A stretch of DNA of 64,000 nt, taken from positions 1-64,000 of the forward strand of contig JAGXNO010000001.1 of assembly GCA_019894975.1 (NCBI GenBank). The letters are read 5' to 3'. The DNA comes from Promethearchaeota archaeon (lineage in GTDB: Archaea > Asgardarchaeota > Lokiarchaeia > Sigyniarchaeales > SOKP01). The translations under genes and the position numbers were made by a program. The notes beneath the pieces are model-generated. The model made no database searches, was not told the DNA's origin, and saw only the letters and a list, made by a program, of their open reading frames with translations. Shown here one piece after another: positions 48,784 through 59,848 of the stretch (position 1 is the stretch's first letter; every line of letters starts with the position of its first letter).

Positions 48784-49806
48784 TTATGAAACAATTTCAG
48801 AGATTTTGACAGGACGATTCTCTTCATATGATTTTTGGGCAGCTATAGCTATGACAACATTTTGAAAACCATCATCTCCATTTGGTGAAGGTTCTCTATT
48901 ATTTTGTAAACATTCGATGAAGTATCGTAGCTCTGCTGTATATGAATCCATATATCTTTGTAAGAAAAAGTATGGGATGTTATCCTCCTTTATCTTTTCA
49001 GCAGTATATAAACGTACGGTATTTGAAGTCTCATTATCAGCAATAGCACAACCCTTAGATCCAAACACTTCAACACGCTGGTCATATCCATATACGGCTT
49101 GACGAGAATTATCAACCATACCAATAGCACCATTTTCAAATTTTAGTATTAAAACTACGGTGTCGATATCCCCTGCTTTACCTATTTCAGGATTAATGAG
49201 AACAGCACCTTTAGTATAAACTTCTTCAATTTCACTTCCTACCTGAAAACGGGCCATATCCCAATCATGAATTGTCATATCGAAAAGCATCCCTCCCGAA
49301 GTCTTAATATAATCAATTGAAGGCGGTGCTGGATCACGAGCAGTAACTTTAACAATATGAGGGATACCTACTTGGCCTGAACTAACCATCTCTCTAACTC
49401 TTTGGAAATTTCTATCAAATCGCCTATTGAATCCGATCATTAGTTTCACACCTTCCTTTTTAACAATTTCTAAGGTTTCTTTGATACGTTTCAAGTCTGT
49501 GTCAATGGGTTTTTCACAGAATATATCTTTTTTCGCTTTAGCAGCTTCTTGAATGAATTTGATATGAGTATTTGTGGGTGAGGCAATAACTACTACATTT
49601 ATTTCAGGATCGAGCATAAGTTCGTTTGGATCTTTCGTAAGACGAGGTACACCAATGTCATTAGCCCATTTTTCCAATTTATCATCTCTATTGATATCAG
49701 CAACTACTTTTAACTTTAGATTCGGTATTTTGTATATAATATTTTCAATATGTATTTTCCCTATTCTACCGGCACCCAACACACCCGCAATATATGTTTT
49801 TTCCAT
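48784..49806 (-). CDS. iolG: myo-inositol 2-dehydrogenase (Gfo/Idh/MocA family)
   Basis: GAGRIG, CEKP, GFNRRFD, SGGMLFDMTIHD, YGYDQRVEVFG. Confidence 0.92.
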   Translation of the reverse strand: MEKTYIAGVLGAGRIGKIHIENIIYKIPNLKLKVVADINRDDKLEKWANDIGVPRLTKDPNELMLDPEINVVVIASPTNTHIKFIQEAAKAKKDIFCEKPIDTDLKRIKETLEIVKKEGVKLMIGFNRRFDRNFQRVREMVSSGQVGIPHIVKVTARDPAPPSIDYIKTSGGMLFDMTIHDWDMARFQVGSEIEEVYTKGAVLINPEIGKAGDIDTVVLILKFENGAIGMVDNSRQAVYGYDQRVEVFGSKGCAIADNETSNTVRLYTAEKIKEDNIPYFFLQRYMDSYTAELRYFIECLQNNREPSPNGDDGFQNVVIAIAAQKSYEENRPVKISEIVS

Positions 49807-49975
49807 TCGATATCACTCACTATCTCTTATCATTATATTATATCATAAGATTTAATATTAAATTTGGAATATACTATTTTATGTTTTTTCTAAGATATAT
49901 TTTTATAGAAATAGAGCAAATCTTTAATCACCTTTCATTTATAAAAAATAGTTAATTAAAAACAAGATTGATTTT

Positions 49976-51388
49976 ATGAGTGATAACGAATCTCGAAATA
50001 TTTCACTAAAAAAGAAAATTGTATTTGCAGTCGGGGAAGTAGGAGACAATACAGCTATGCAAACATTTACATTTCTTATATTCACATTCTACTTTGCAAT
50101 TGTAGGCGTTCCTGTAATATTGATTGGCAGTGGTTTTATTTTATGGAGTCTATGGAATGCTATTAATGACCCTCTGATAGGATATCTTTCTGATAGAACA
50201 AAAACTAGATGGGGAAGAAGATTTCCTTGGATGGTTGCAGCTACGATACCCTTAGCTATTGTAACGATACTACTTTTTACTCCTCCTATTGATCTCAATT
50301 CTCCTTCCAGTAATTTTATCTATTTTATCGTAATCCTCATTTTATTTGACACGACCTACACAGCATTTAATTTGAATTATAATGCTGTTTTCTCTGAAAT
50401 GTACGTAACTATGGAAGAACGTAGTTCAACAGGAAGGATTAGAATAATTTTTGTAATGGTAGCTTTGATTTTCGCTTTTCTTCTTCCTACTCTTATTATA
50501 GAGAATATTTTAGGTTATGATGTTGATACATTAATACCCGATCCAAATACATTGGGTCAATACCAATTGACAGGAATAATAGCAGCTGTAATAATTCTTG
50601 TTTCCTATATCATTTTATTGAAATGGGGTGTTCATGAACCTAAACATATTTCAAAAGATGCCGAAACTGCGATGTCTTTCACTAAAACGCTTAAGAATTC
50701 CTTTAAAAATAAATCCTTTCAATGGTTTTTGATACCCGCGCTAGGAACTTGGATTGTTATAAATATTTTACCTACTTTAGCACCACTTTTTATGACAGAA
50801 GCTTTAGATATTGACGATCCATTGCTTATTGGCATTCTTCTTGCGTTAGAATTTATTATAGCCGCAGCTTCTACACCATTATGGGAAAAAATTCGAAATG
50901 CCAAAGGAGCTCGAATGACAGGATTAATAGGAATAATGACATGGATAGTTCCCATTTTGCTTTTTGCTTTCTCGGTTAATGTTCAAATGGTTTTTGTTGT
51001 GCAACTTTTCAATGGGATAGGTCTTGGTGGAGGATTGTATTTTTATGATCAATGTATCGCAGAAATAATTGATGAAGATGAGATTACGCATGGAACACGA
51101 CGATCTGGGATATATTACGCAATTTTTAATTTCTTTATCCGAATATCAATGATCATTAATTTCTTACTAATTATGATTGTTTTTAGTACAACAGATTGGT
51201 ATACTTACACACCGAAGCCAGGAATAGATACTCTATTAGGACTTCAAATTCTAATGGGTGTTTATCCTGCTATTGTTCTTATAATTTCTTGGATAGGTCT
51301 GTATTATTATCCAATAAAAGGAGAGAAACTGGCAGAAAATAGAAGAAAGCTGACGGAGTTGCATAAAAAGAAGTTGAAAGAATTATAA
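49976..51388 (+). CDS. GPH (MelB-like) MFS sugar:cation symporter
   Basis: WNAINDPLIGYLSDRTKTRWGRR, IIDEDE...RRSGIY, ~12 TMs; divergent from iolG. Confidence 0.9.
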   Translation: MSDNESRNISLKKKIVFAVGEVGDNTAMQTFTFLIFTFYFAIVGVPVILIGSGFILWSLWNAINDPLIGYLSDRTKTRWGRRFPWMVAATIPLAIVTILLFTPPIDLNSPSSNFIYFIVILILFDTTYTAFNLNYNAVFSEMYVTMEERSSTGRIRIIFVMVALIFAFLLPTLIIENILGYDVDTLIPDPNTLGQYQLTGIIAAVIILVSYIILLKWGVHEPKHISKDAETAMSFTKTLKNSFKNKSFQWFLIPALGTWIVINILPTLAPLFMTEALDIDDPLLIGILLALEFIIAAASTPLWEKIRNAKGARMTGLIGIMTWIVPILLFAFSVNVQMVFVVQLFNGIGLGGGLYFYDQCIAEIIDEDEITHGTRRSGIYYAIFNFFIRISMIINFLLIMIVFSTTDWYTYTPKPGIDTLLGLQILMGVYPAIVLIISWIGLYYYPIKGEKLAENRRKLTELHKKKLKEL

Positions 51389-51484
51389 AACTCAAACAAG
51401 TCTATATTTAAATTCCTAAACAAAACTTTTTATATTATTTTTATCTATTTATTGTTATTCTATAATTGTATAGGTCTGATTAAA

Positions 51485-52147
51485 ATGGATGAAAATTTAG
51501 AAATTGAAGATAATGATGAAGAATTAGAGGAAGCTGCAATCGAAAGTACGGGAGAAAAGGAAAAACAAAAACAAGAAATAAATTTAAAGAAAAATCAATC
51601 ATTCTACTTAAACCAATCAAAAGACTCATCAACAGATATTTCTGTATGGGGGTCATTTAAAACAAGATCAGCGGACTCTTTAGAAATTTTGGAAGATGAA
51701 TCATTTTATAGAACTCCAGTAAGCAATATCGTCGAAAATGAAAGCGAATTTTGTCTTTTTGTGGAATTACCTGGTTTAGATAAGAAACATGTTAATATTA
51801 CATTACAAGAGGGTGTCTTAGAAATAACAGGTGATAAATCTATGAAACATAAAGAGGAGAAGAAGGAGAAAGAAGAAAAGAAAGAGAAAGAAGAAAAAAA
51901 GGAGAAGAAGGAGAAAGATGAGAAAAAAGACAAGCATAAAGAGAAAAAAGATAAAATTAGGGATAAAGTAAAGGGAGATTACCTAAGACGGGAATTTAGA
52001 TCAGCAAGTTTCTATCGAAGTTTTCATTTACCTGAAGAGATAAATTTAGAAGGAATTGATGCAAGTTTTAAAAATGGGATTTTAAGATTAACAATCCCTA
52101 AAAAAACTACTGAAACTGACGATAAGAAAGTAATTGAAATAAAATAA
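51485..52147 (+). CDS. Small heat-shock protein (Hsp20) with charged insertion
   Basis: ELPGLDK, LEITG, FYRSFHLP, ASFKNGILRLTIPK, C-terminal IEI; ATG 51485 preferred over TTG 51452. Confidence 0.9.
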   Translation: MDENLEIEDNDEELEEAAIESTGEKEKQKQEINLKKNQSFYLNQSKDSSTDISVWGSFKTRSADSLEILEDESFYRTPVSNIVENESEFCLFVELPGLDKKHVNITLQEGVLEITGDKSMKHKEEKKEKEEKKEKEEKKEKKEKDEKKDKHKEKKDKIRDKVKGDYLRREFRSASFYRSFHLPEEINLEGIDASFKNGILRLTIPKKTTETDDKKVIEIK

Positions 52148-52235
52148 ACAAAAATCAGATTATTTTCTAATTTCTTATTATTATCAAATAAAATGATAAA
52201 TTAATAAAAAAAATTGAAAAATATTGGATAAACAG

Positions 52236-52718
52236 TTAAATTTTTCCACCACAATATGCACAATATTGAGCTGATTCTTTAGTAATAGGTGTACCACAAT
52301 TAGAGCAATACTTTGAAGGTTCTCCTGGAGCAGTTTCTGTTTCTTTTGGCACGATACGTTTAACTTGACCGGTTTCAGAATTAAACTTTGCTCTTAATTG
52401 TCCTGAAGCTTTTAAATCTAAGATTATTGCGCGAATATCTTTTCTAGTAATTCCTGTACCCACACTCACTTGTTCTATTGATGCTTCTGGGTTATCTTGA
52501 AATTCAGCTAATACAATGTTTCTCAACTTGCTTCTATTCGCTATTGCTAAGATTTGACCTACTAGAATCGCAACACCAATTCCCGTCGATATAAAACCCC
52601 ACCAAGACCACTCATCCCACGGAATAAATGAGGAAATTCCCCAATATAAAAAAGCTCCAGCAATAATTAATGTACATATGGAAAAAGATTCAGAATATTG
52701 ATTTTTTTCATACTTCAT
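52236..52718 (-). CDS. 2-TM protein with winged-helix-like segment and C-terminal double zinc ribbon
   Basis: Two TMs, helix-turn-helix-like middle, CSNCG...CAYCG. Confidence 0.65.
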   Translation of the reverse strand: MKYEKNQYSESFSICTLIIAGAFLYWGISSFIPWDEWSWWGFISTGIGVAILVGQILAIANRSKLRNIVLAEFQDNPEASIEQVSVGTGITRKDIRAIILDLKASGQLRAKFNSETGQVKRIVPKETETAPGEPSKYCSNCGTPITKESAQYCAYCGGKI

Positions 52719-52853
52719 TTTATACTCATCAAATTTGTGATTGAACTAGTTCAGTAAAAGAAGATATTAAAATTTATAATATTTAGCAAAAAATTTAAAT
52801 TTACTAGGTTGTCTCATTAGGGTAATGTAATTGTGTTAAATTAACCCTACAAA

Positions 52854-53270
52854 TTAATTGGTAATTATGCAACTGTTTATAATATCAAAAATTCGAGAGA
52901 AGTCGAGTTGATCTTCCACCAAAGTAATTATAATATTCCCTAAAATTTTAATTGATAGTATATAAAAGTTATCAGAATGAATAATATTAAAATCTGGACT
53001 ATGTACTCCAATCTCTGAAGTAATCTCTTCAGCTAGCTCATACAATTGCGACATGTTTAACGCTATAGAAGTCTTATTAAAATTCTGGTCAATATACGAT
53101 TTCTTAACTGCCCCATTTTCAGTACAAATCAGTACGAAGTAGAGTCCAGAATCCCCAAATTCCTTGATCAAGGAATCTAGAACTAATTCAACTTCTAGAG
53201 CAGTCATTGTGATATTAATTATTGGTTTGTTTATATATAATTTTTGGTGAATTTTATTATTTCTATTCAA
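52854..53270 (-). CDS. Roadblock-like domain protein
   Basis: GLYFVLICTENGAVKKS followed by helix and three strands. Confidence 0.55.
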   Translation of the reverse strand: MNRNNKIHQKLYINKPIINITMTALEVELVLDSLIKEFGDSGLYFVLICTENGAVKKSYIDQNFNKTSIALNMSQLYELAEEITSEIGVHSPDFNIIHSDNFYILSIKILGNIIITLVEDQLDFSRIFDIINSCIITN

Positions 53271-53361
53271 AATCTCACATTAATTATACTTAATTATGGT
53301 TAAATGATTAAAAAGCCATTTTTTTTAGTAATTTTAATTATTTAAAACTCTCAAAATCAAT

Positions 53362-53826
53362 TTAGATCTCAAAATATTGATTAATTATCCTATCAAAGCA
53401 GTGGAAAGGGCTAACTTCTCCTTTAAAATTCTTTATGTGAGAATTATAATATGTATCTATGAATTTTTCAATAACAATTTGGACGCAACTCTTAAAATTG
53501 TCAGAAATCCTATGCTTTTCAACAAAATATGCGAATATAACTTTTCCTCTAGAACAAACGTAAAGATGGTGGTTTCCAAGATTAACATCTTCAAGTTTGA
53601 TTCCTGAATCTTCACTACCAATAAGATCTTGAGAGTATATTAATATGGCTGAAATAAATCCAGCAATTTGAAAAATATTTTTTTCAATTCTTAATTGATT
53701 TTTTGCAACTTTTGAAAAATACAATAGTCCTGTCTTATCTAGAACTAGAAACCCAATTAATCCATTTGCTTTAGGAAAATTCCCTTCCAAATTAAATTCC
53801 TGGCACTTATCATCTGAATTTATCAT
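53362..53826 (-). CDS. Longin/roadblock-like domain protein
   Basis: FLVLDKTGLLYFS, IAGFISAI, FKGEVSPF..FD (longin/sigma-adaptin-like pattern). Confidence 0.55.
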   Translation of the reverse strand: MINSDDKCQEFNLEGNFPKANGLIGFLVLDKTGLLYFSKVAKNQLRIEKNIFQIAGFISAILIYSQDLIGSEDSGIKLEDVNLGNHHLYVCSRGKVIFAYFVEKHRISDNFKSCVQIVIEKFIDTYYNSHIKNFKGEVSPFHCFDRIINQYFEI

Positions 53827-53968
53827 TATTACTAAAACAAAATTTGTGCAAAAATAATCTTTTGTACTAATAATGTTATCACTTAACTAGTATATAAATC
53901 TTTTTTGATAAGAAACTGATCTTTTTGACCACAAAATCTACTTGATTAAACAAAATAGATTAAAAACC

Positions 53969-54718
53969 TTATTTTTTCTTCAAATACTTATAGATGACAT
54001 CAAAATCAGTCAAATTAAAGGGTTTTGAAATTGAACCTGTAGCACCTAAATCTAATGCTTTTTTCTCTACTTCTATACTCGGAATGGCTGTAAGGATGAA
54101 AATCGGGATATTTTTTAATTTATTATCTTCTTTAATTCTCTTTAAAATCTCATATCCATTAATATCTGGCAGTATAATGTCGAGTAAAATCAGTTTTGGT
54201 GCATATCTTTTTAATTCTTTTAAGCCTTTAAAGCCACTCAAAACACCTTTACAAACAATCTTCATTGACTCAAAATAACTCGTCAGTAAGTTAACAGTCT
54301 CTTGGTCATCTTCTATTAATAAAATATCATATTTTAGCTTTTGATTAAAATCTTCTGCTTCTAAATCAAATTCAAAATTATCTAAATGTTCTACAATTTT
54401 GTTCTCTAGTACCGAACATTGGTTTAGTACATTCTTAAGTATAGAAATTATATTACTATCTATTGTATCCCCCTGTGTTTCAACAATTAGTTGTAAATAT
54501 CCTTTGATTGATGTTAAAGGTTCTTTCAAATCATGAGATAAATTGGAAAGATCCAATCCTTTGCATTGAATAAAGAATCTTAAAGCTTCTCTAATTAATT
54601 TAGATAATGTAGAATAATTCTGATTTTTAGCGAATGTTTGCCATTCTTCTTTGATATCTTTTGATACGTATAAAGAAATTCTTTCTTTATCCTGGTTATA
54701 ATCTGGACTAATTTCCAC
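53969..54718 (-). CDS. RHH + HisKA + receiver hybrid regulator
   Basis: RISLYVS...LSKLIREAL (RHH), LSHDLKEPLTSIKG (HisKA), IEDD...LLDIILPDING...LTA...KPF (REC). Confidence 0.8.
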   Translation of the reverse strand: MEISPDYNQDKERISLYVSKDIKEEWQTFAKNQNYSTLSKLIREALRFFIQCKGLDLSNLSHDLKEPLTSIKGYLQLIVETQGDTIDSNIISILKNVLNQCSVLENKIVEHLDNFEFDLEAEDFNQKLKYDILLIEDDQETVNLLTSYFESMKIVCKGVLSGFKGLKELKRYAPKLILLDIILPDINGYEILKRIKEDNKLKNIPIFILTAIPSIEVEKKALDLGATGSISKPFNLTDFDVIYKYLKKK

Positions 54719-54919
54719 CCACCTTAAATAATTAAAAGTTAAGAAAAATTGTACTTTTTATACATATTTATACTATTTTACATATATATATATTTTTTTA
54801 CACTTAGCTTTAAATAGAAAAATAATAAGATTATATTAGTTTTACTTGAAGTCTAAAATAAAATATAAAAAATATAAAAAGAAATAAAAATAATTGTTTA
54901 ATTGCTTCTGTACTATTCT

Positions 54920-55750
54920 TTATTCATCTAATTTTAACGAATTTTTTAAATCTTCTGCTAAGGTTCCTAATTTGTGCGCAGTTGATGTTACTTCTTCCAT
55001 TGATGCTGTCTGCTGTTCTGCTGATACACTTATTCCTTCCATAGAACCGAAAGAGTTATTAATTTTACTGATAACATTACTAATTTTATCATTTGTTTCA
55101 CGAACTGCTGATTTTGATTCCTCTGCTAATTTACGAACTTCATCAGCTACAACCGCAAATCCCCTTCCTTGTTCCCCTGCTCGTCCAGCTTCAATACTTG
55201 CATTTAATGCTAGTAAGTTGGTCTGATCAGATATATTTGTAATGATTCCCATTACCTTGCTTATATCCTTAGTTGCAGACATAACTTCTTGAGTTTCAAG
55301 CGTCATGCTCTGTGTTGATGTAGCAATTTCTTCTGATGCGGCATTCACTTCACTTGCACTTGCGGCTAATTCATTTGCTATATTTGCTACATTAATACTT
55401 GCATTAGAAGCAGCAGCAATCACACTTTTCATCTCATTATTTGTTTTTTCAATTTTTTGTTCAAGGAAAGGAAGAACTGCAAAGAATAAAGCAGATACAC
55501 CTATGAATAAACCAAAACTTTCACCAAAAGCATCTGCATAATCCGAATCCCAAAGCATCCATTTATCCAGAAAATTCCCTAAAGTATATAAAGCCCCTCC
55601 AATTAAAGAAAAGACATAAATCGCATTAGTTGGAGTTCTCCTTTTATAATATACAAGTACAGCGATAACAGCACCGATCCAAAAGAAGATCATTCCCACT
55701 AAATTAAGACCTCCATCTCGAAAATCTATAGGATCAATTTGACCAAGCAT
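54920..55750 (-). CDS. Methyl-accepting chemotaxis-like protein (3 TM, short signalling domain)
   Basis: [38 protein letters not shown] hairpin tip. Confidence 0.92.
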   Translation of the reverse strand: MLGQIDPIDFRDGGLNLVGMIFFWIGAVIAVLVYYKRRTPTNAIYVFSLIGGALYTLGNFLDKWMLWDSDYADAFGESFGLFIGVSALFFAVLPFLEQKIEKTNNEMKSVIAAASNASINVANIANELAASASEVNAASEEIATSTQSMTLETQEVMSATKDISKVMGIITNISDQTNLLALNASIEAGRAGEQGRGFAVVADEVRKLAEESKSAVRETNDKISNVISKINNSFGSMEGISVSAEQQTASMEEVTSTAHKLGTLAEDLKNSLKLDE

Positions 55751-56068
55751 TTATTTCTCCACCATCCCTCTGCTTTTATGACTTACTTTAAGTTGTTTCC
55801 CTTTCAAAATCTTACCATAATATTCATATCCGGCCGCAACGCACATGAGAACCCCAGCTACCATAGCAAAAAAATGCTCCATAAAATTAAAAGTATCAGG
55901 TGCGTAAAAAGCCTCTAGGTTTGTGGAAAGAAAAGTTATGAAAAGAGCATAATAGGCTGGAAACCATTTCATAATATCTCTTCTCTTCTTTAAAAGATAA
56001 GGAGAAAAGGCCACTGGAATGGATATAATGATTAAAACTATTAATTCGTTAATTTCTAAAACCGGCAT
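55751..56068 (-). CDS. Small 3-TM membrane protein, directly abutting the MCP gene
   Basis: Three hydrophobic helices; its TAA is immediately followed by the MCP ATG. Confidence 0.7.
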   Translation of the reverse strand: MPVLEINELIVLIIISIPVAFSPYLLKKRRDIMKWFPAYYALFITFLSTNLEAFYAPDTFNFMEHFFAMVAGVLMCVAAGYEYYGKILKGKQLKVSHKSRGMVEK

Positions 56069-56538
56069 TTATCCAAAGCTCCTTTTTTTTGTTAATAAAT
56101 TATTTCAAATTTTTTTTATGAAAATTGTATAGTACTAAAATGACGACACAATTTTATAACTAATAATTGAATTTGTATATAAACTCTATTTTTTACAAAC
56201 AAATACGCGATAATGGAAAAAAATTAGTATTATGTTATTTTTTTTATAACAACAAATGTCTAATGATAAAATAATCATCCTTATTTCATCCTTTCAATGA
56301 CCCCATTCAATGCTTCAAGATTGCTTTAATGTTTAATCTCAGAGCACAATAAAAGAAAACCAAATCCATCTAAAAAGAAAAAGATTTAAATTAACAAAAT
56401 TTCTAAATTTATGTAAAAATACAAAAAAGTGATAAAATTTTCTTCTATAGTATCAATTCTTAAGAATTCATCAACAAAACACACATAAATTTACATTTAT
56501 GAAAAAAAAAAATTACTATTATTTTATAAGAAATATAA

Positions 56539-59500
56539 ATGGTTTTTAAAATGGAAAAATCAAATCCTCAAATAAAGCAGTATAATAAAGGAGCTTTAGA
56601 TGATAAAGATGAAGTACCTCAAAAAATTAATAAATTTGAAAATTTATATCATGAATTATTCTATAATTCTTTTAGTGGAATGGCATATCATAAAATTATT
56701 TATGATTCCGACGGAAAACCAATTAACTACTTAATAAAAGCAGTGAATCCACAGTATGAATCTGTTTTATTGATTAAACGCGAGGATATAATAAATAAGA
56801 CTGCTACTAAAGCATATAATGTTGAGAAACCACCATATTTAGAGATATTTTCAAGAGTAGCAGAAACGCAAAAATCATTCTCATTTGAGACTTATTTTCA
56901 GCCGATGAATAAATATTTTCAAATTACCGTCATCTCTTCAGAAAAAGGAGAATTTATAACGGTATTTGATGATATTTCAGAAAAAAAAAAATTAATTGAA
57001 TCAGAAGAAAAATATAGGCTTATTACAGAAAATGCAAATGACTTAATTTGCATATTAAATAAGAATTATAAATTTGAATTTATTAATGAGAAAACCTACT
57101 TAAAAGTTTTAGGCTATTCAAAAACTGATTTAATTGGAAAATCCGCACTGAAATTAAATCATCCTAAAGATTTTGAAAGTTTTGTATCTTCCTTTTGGGG
57201 CAAAGATGAAATTGATGATAGAACGGTGGAATTAAGAGTAAAGCATAAAAATGGAAAATGGATATGGTTGAATATTAACATTCAAAGATTTAATAATGAA
57301 GAAAATGAGAAAAAGTTTTTATTAGTCTCCAGAGAGATTACCTTCAGAAAACTAGCGGAACAAAAGATTAAGGAATCTGAAGAAAAATATCGGCATTTAT
57401 TTGAAGATTCTCCTTTTGCAATCGCTTTATTTAATTTTGAGGGACAGATACTCGAATGTAATTCATATGTTGAACAATTATTGGGATTTAAAAAAGAAGA
57501 ACTAACAGGAAAAGATTATAAATTATTAAATCTAGTCCCAAAAGAATATAGACCTTCGGTTTTGAACGGTTTTAAAAGATTGGTTGAAGAAGATATTCCT
57601 AATCCAAAAAGAATTCAACTATATACGAAAGAGGGGAGTTTAATATGGGTTTTACTGCACACATCATTGATTAAATTACAAGAAATGAAATTTATACAGG
57701 TAATCGTTGAAAATATCACAGAAATGAAAAAGGCTGAAGATGCCTTACGGGAAAGTGAAGCAAGATTTCGTTTACTCACAGAACAAAATTTATTAGCTAT
57801 TTCTATTATTCAGGATAATAAAATTGTATATGCAAATCAAGCACTTGCTGATTTAAATGAATACTCAATACAGGAGATGCTTGATTGGAAACCAAATGAA
57901 CTTACCAAAGCAATATATCCCGAAGATATTCCTTTTGTATTGAGCCAATCAGAAAAAAAACAAAGAGGAGACACCCATGATGTTATTCCACATTATTCCT
58001 ACCGAAAAATAATGAAGGATGGAAGAATCAAATGGGTTGACCTTTACTCAAAAACAATACACTATAATGGAAAACCAGCAGATTTAGTATCCCAAATAGA
58101 TATCACTGAACAAAAGAAAATGGAAGAAAAATTAAGAGAGTCTGAAGAAAATTATCGAGAGTTAGTAAATGATGCTAATAGTATCATTTTAAGGTGGGAT
58201 ATAGAAGGAAAAATTAATTTCATCAATGAATTTGGAGAAAGCTTTTTTGGGTATTCTAAATCGGGACTTGTTGGCAAACAGGTTATAGGAACTATCGTTC
58301 CAGAAACCGAAACTACTGGGAGAGATTTAGAAAAATTAATGGAGAATATTTGCAAATCCCCTGATATATATAAAAATAATGTAAATGAAAATATAACTAA
58401 ATATGGAAGAAGAGTATGGATATCATGGACTAATAAAGCCATTAAAGATGTCGATGGGACTTTAATTGGGATTTTGTCCGTTGGAAATGATATTACAAAA
58501 CAAAGAATAGCAACATTAAGGATATCTGAATCCGAAGAGAAATTTAGAACTATAACTGAACAATCTTTTATAGGTATTGCTATTTTACAGAATTTTAAAT
58601 TTAAATATGTAAATCAACAATTCGCTGATACTCTAGGATATGAATCTAAAGAAATTTTGAAATGGAATCCTAAAGAATTTATTGAATTTATCCATCCTGA
58701 TGATCGAAAAAGGGTTATGGAAATAGCTGAAAAAAAATATTTTGGTAAAAATGAAGTGTTAGAGGATTTACAGTTTAGAATAATAAAAAAAACGGGAGAA
58801 ATAATTTGGTTAGAAATTATATCTAAAACTATCCCTTTCGAAGGGGACTTAGCAGATCTAATTGCAACATCGGATATCACTAAGAAAAAAGAAGCAGAGC
58901 AAATTATCATTGAAGAAAATAAAGCTTTATTAGAATTAAATAAAATGAGGAAAGATATTATTACACGTGTTTCTCATGAATTAAAAACACCCTTAACTTC
59001 TATATATGGTGCGTCTCAAATTCTTCTAAAACATTTCGATGGAAAAATAGGAGATGAAGCGTTAAATTTTATCGAAATTCTTCATAGAGGTGCCTTAAGA
59101 TTAAAAAAACTGGTAGAAAACTTAATAGATGCTTCAAGGATCGAATCTGGAAAGCTTGAATTAAATTTACAAAGAAACGATCTTGTGAAGATTACAGTAG
59201 AGTGTGTTGAGGAAATGAGATACATATTAGAAAGTCGAAAATTATCTGTAGAACTTACATATCCAAATGAACTTGATTTTAACGTAGATAAGCTTAGGCT
59301 TCAACAAGTCATAACTAATATTTTATCTAATGCTATTAAAAATACTCCCATGGAGGGAAAAATTTACATTAGTATTATAGATAATCATGATTTTGTTGAT
59401 ATTAAAATTAGGGATACTGGAATTGGTATAACTGAAAAAGAAAAAGAGCTTTTATTCGAGAAATTTGGAAAGATGGAAAGGTACGGAATGGATTTAGGCG

Positions 59501-59628
59501 TTGACATTGAAGGTTCTGGTCTAGGATTATTCATTTCAAAGGAAATTGTAGAATTACATGGGGGAGAGATAATTGTTGAATCTGAAGGCAGAAATAAGGG
59601 TTCAACCTTCACAATTAGGTTATTTTAA
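56539..59628 (+). CDS. Multi-PAS sensor histidine kinase
   Basis: About six PAS/PAC repeats (ESEEKYR...), SHELKTPL, NAIKN, DTGIG, GSGLGL. Confidence 0.94.
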   Translation: MVFKMEKSNPQIKQYNKGALDDKDEVPQKINKFENLYHELFYNSFSGMAYHKIIYDSDGKPINYLIKAVNPQYESVLLIKREDIINKTATKAYNVEKPPYLEIFSRVAETQKSFSFETYFQPMNKYFQITVISSEKGEFITVFDDISEKKKLIESEEKYRLITENANDLICILNKNYKFEFINEKTYLKVLGYSKTDLIGKSALKLNHPKDFESFVSSFWGKDEIDDRTVELRVKHKNGKWIWLNINIQRFNNEENEKKFLLVSREITFRKLAEQKIKESEEKYRHLFEDSPFAIALFNFEGQILECNSYVEQLLGFKKEELTGKDYKLLNLVPKEYRPSVLNGFKRLVEEDIPNPKRIQLYTKEGSLIWVLLHTSLIKLQEMKFIQVIVENITEMKKAEDALRESEARFRLLTEQNLLAISIIQDNKIVYANQALADLNEYSIQEMLDWKPNELTKAIYPEDIPFVLSQSEKKQRGDTHDVIPHYSYRKIMKDGRIKWVDLYSKTIHYNGKPADLVSQIDITEQKKMEEKLRESEENYRELVNDANSIILRWDIEGKINFINEFGESFFGYSKSGLVGKQVIGTIVPETETTGRDLEKLMENICKSPDIYKNNVNENITKYGRRVWISWTNKAIKDVDGTLIGILSVGNDITKQRIATLRISESEEKFRTITEQSFIGIAILQNFKFKYVNQQFADTLGYESKEILKWNPKEFIEFIHPDDRKRVMEIAEKKYFGKNEVLEDLQFRIIKKTGEIIWLEIISKTIPFEGDLADLIATSDITKKKEAEQIIIEENKALLELNKMRKDIITRVSHELKTPLTSIYGASQILLKHFDGKIGDEALNFIEILHRGALRLKKLVENLIDASRIESGKLELNLQRNDLVKITVECVEEMRYILESRKLSVELTYPNELDFNVDKLRLQQVITNILSNAIKNTPMEGKIYISIIDNHDFVDIKIRDTGIGITEKEKELLFEKFGKMERYGMDLGVDIEGSGLGLFISKEIVELHGGEIIVESEGRNKGSTFTIRLF

Positions 59629-59650
59629 GAAATTTGAATTCTTTAAAAAA

Positions 59651-59725
59651 TGGGCCTGGCAGGATTTGAACCTGCGACATCCCAGTCCGAAGCCGGGCAC
59701 CCTATCCAGGCTAGATTACAAGCCC
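59651..59725 (-). tRNA. tRNA-Arg(TCG)
   Basis: Reverse complement GGGCTTG...CCCGG-CTTCGGA-CTGGG...GCAGG-TTCAAAT-CCTGC-CAGGCCC-A. Confidence 0.94.
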
Positions 59726-59848
59726 TAATTTTCTTAGGTTATACATTGAAAATTCTTGATTTCAAAAAAATGTTTGCTAAAAGGCTAATTGAAATTACTT
59801 CATTTTCTGATATTAAAGAAATGAATTAGTTATAAAATGAAAATCTTC

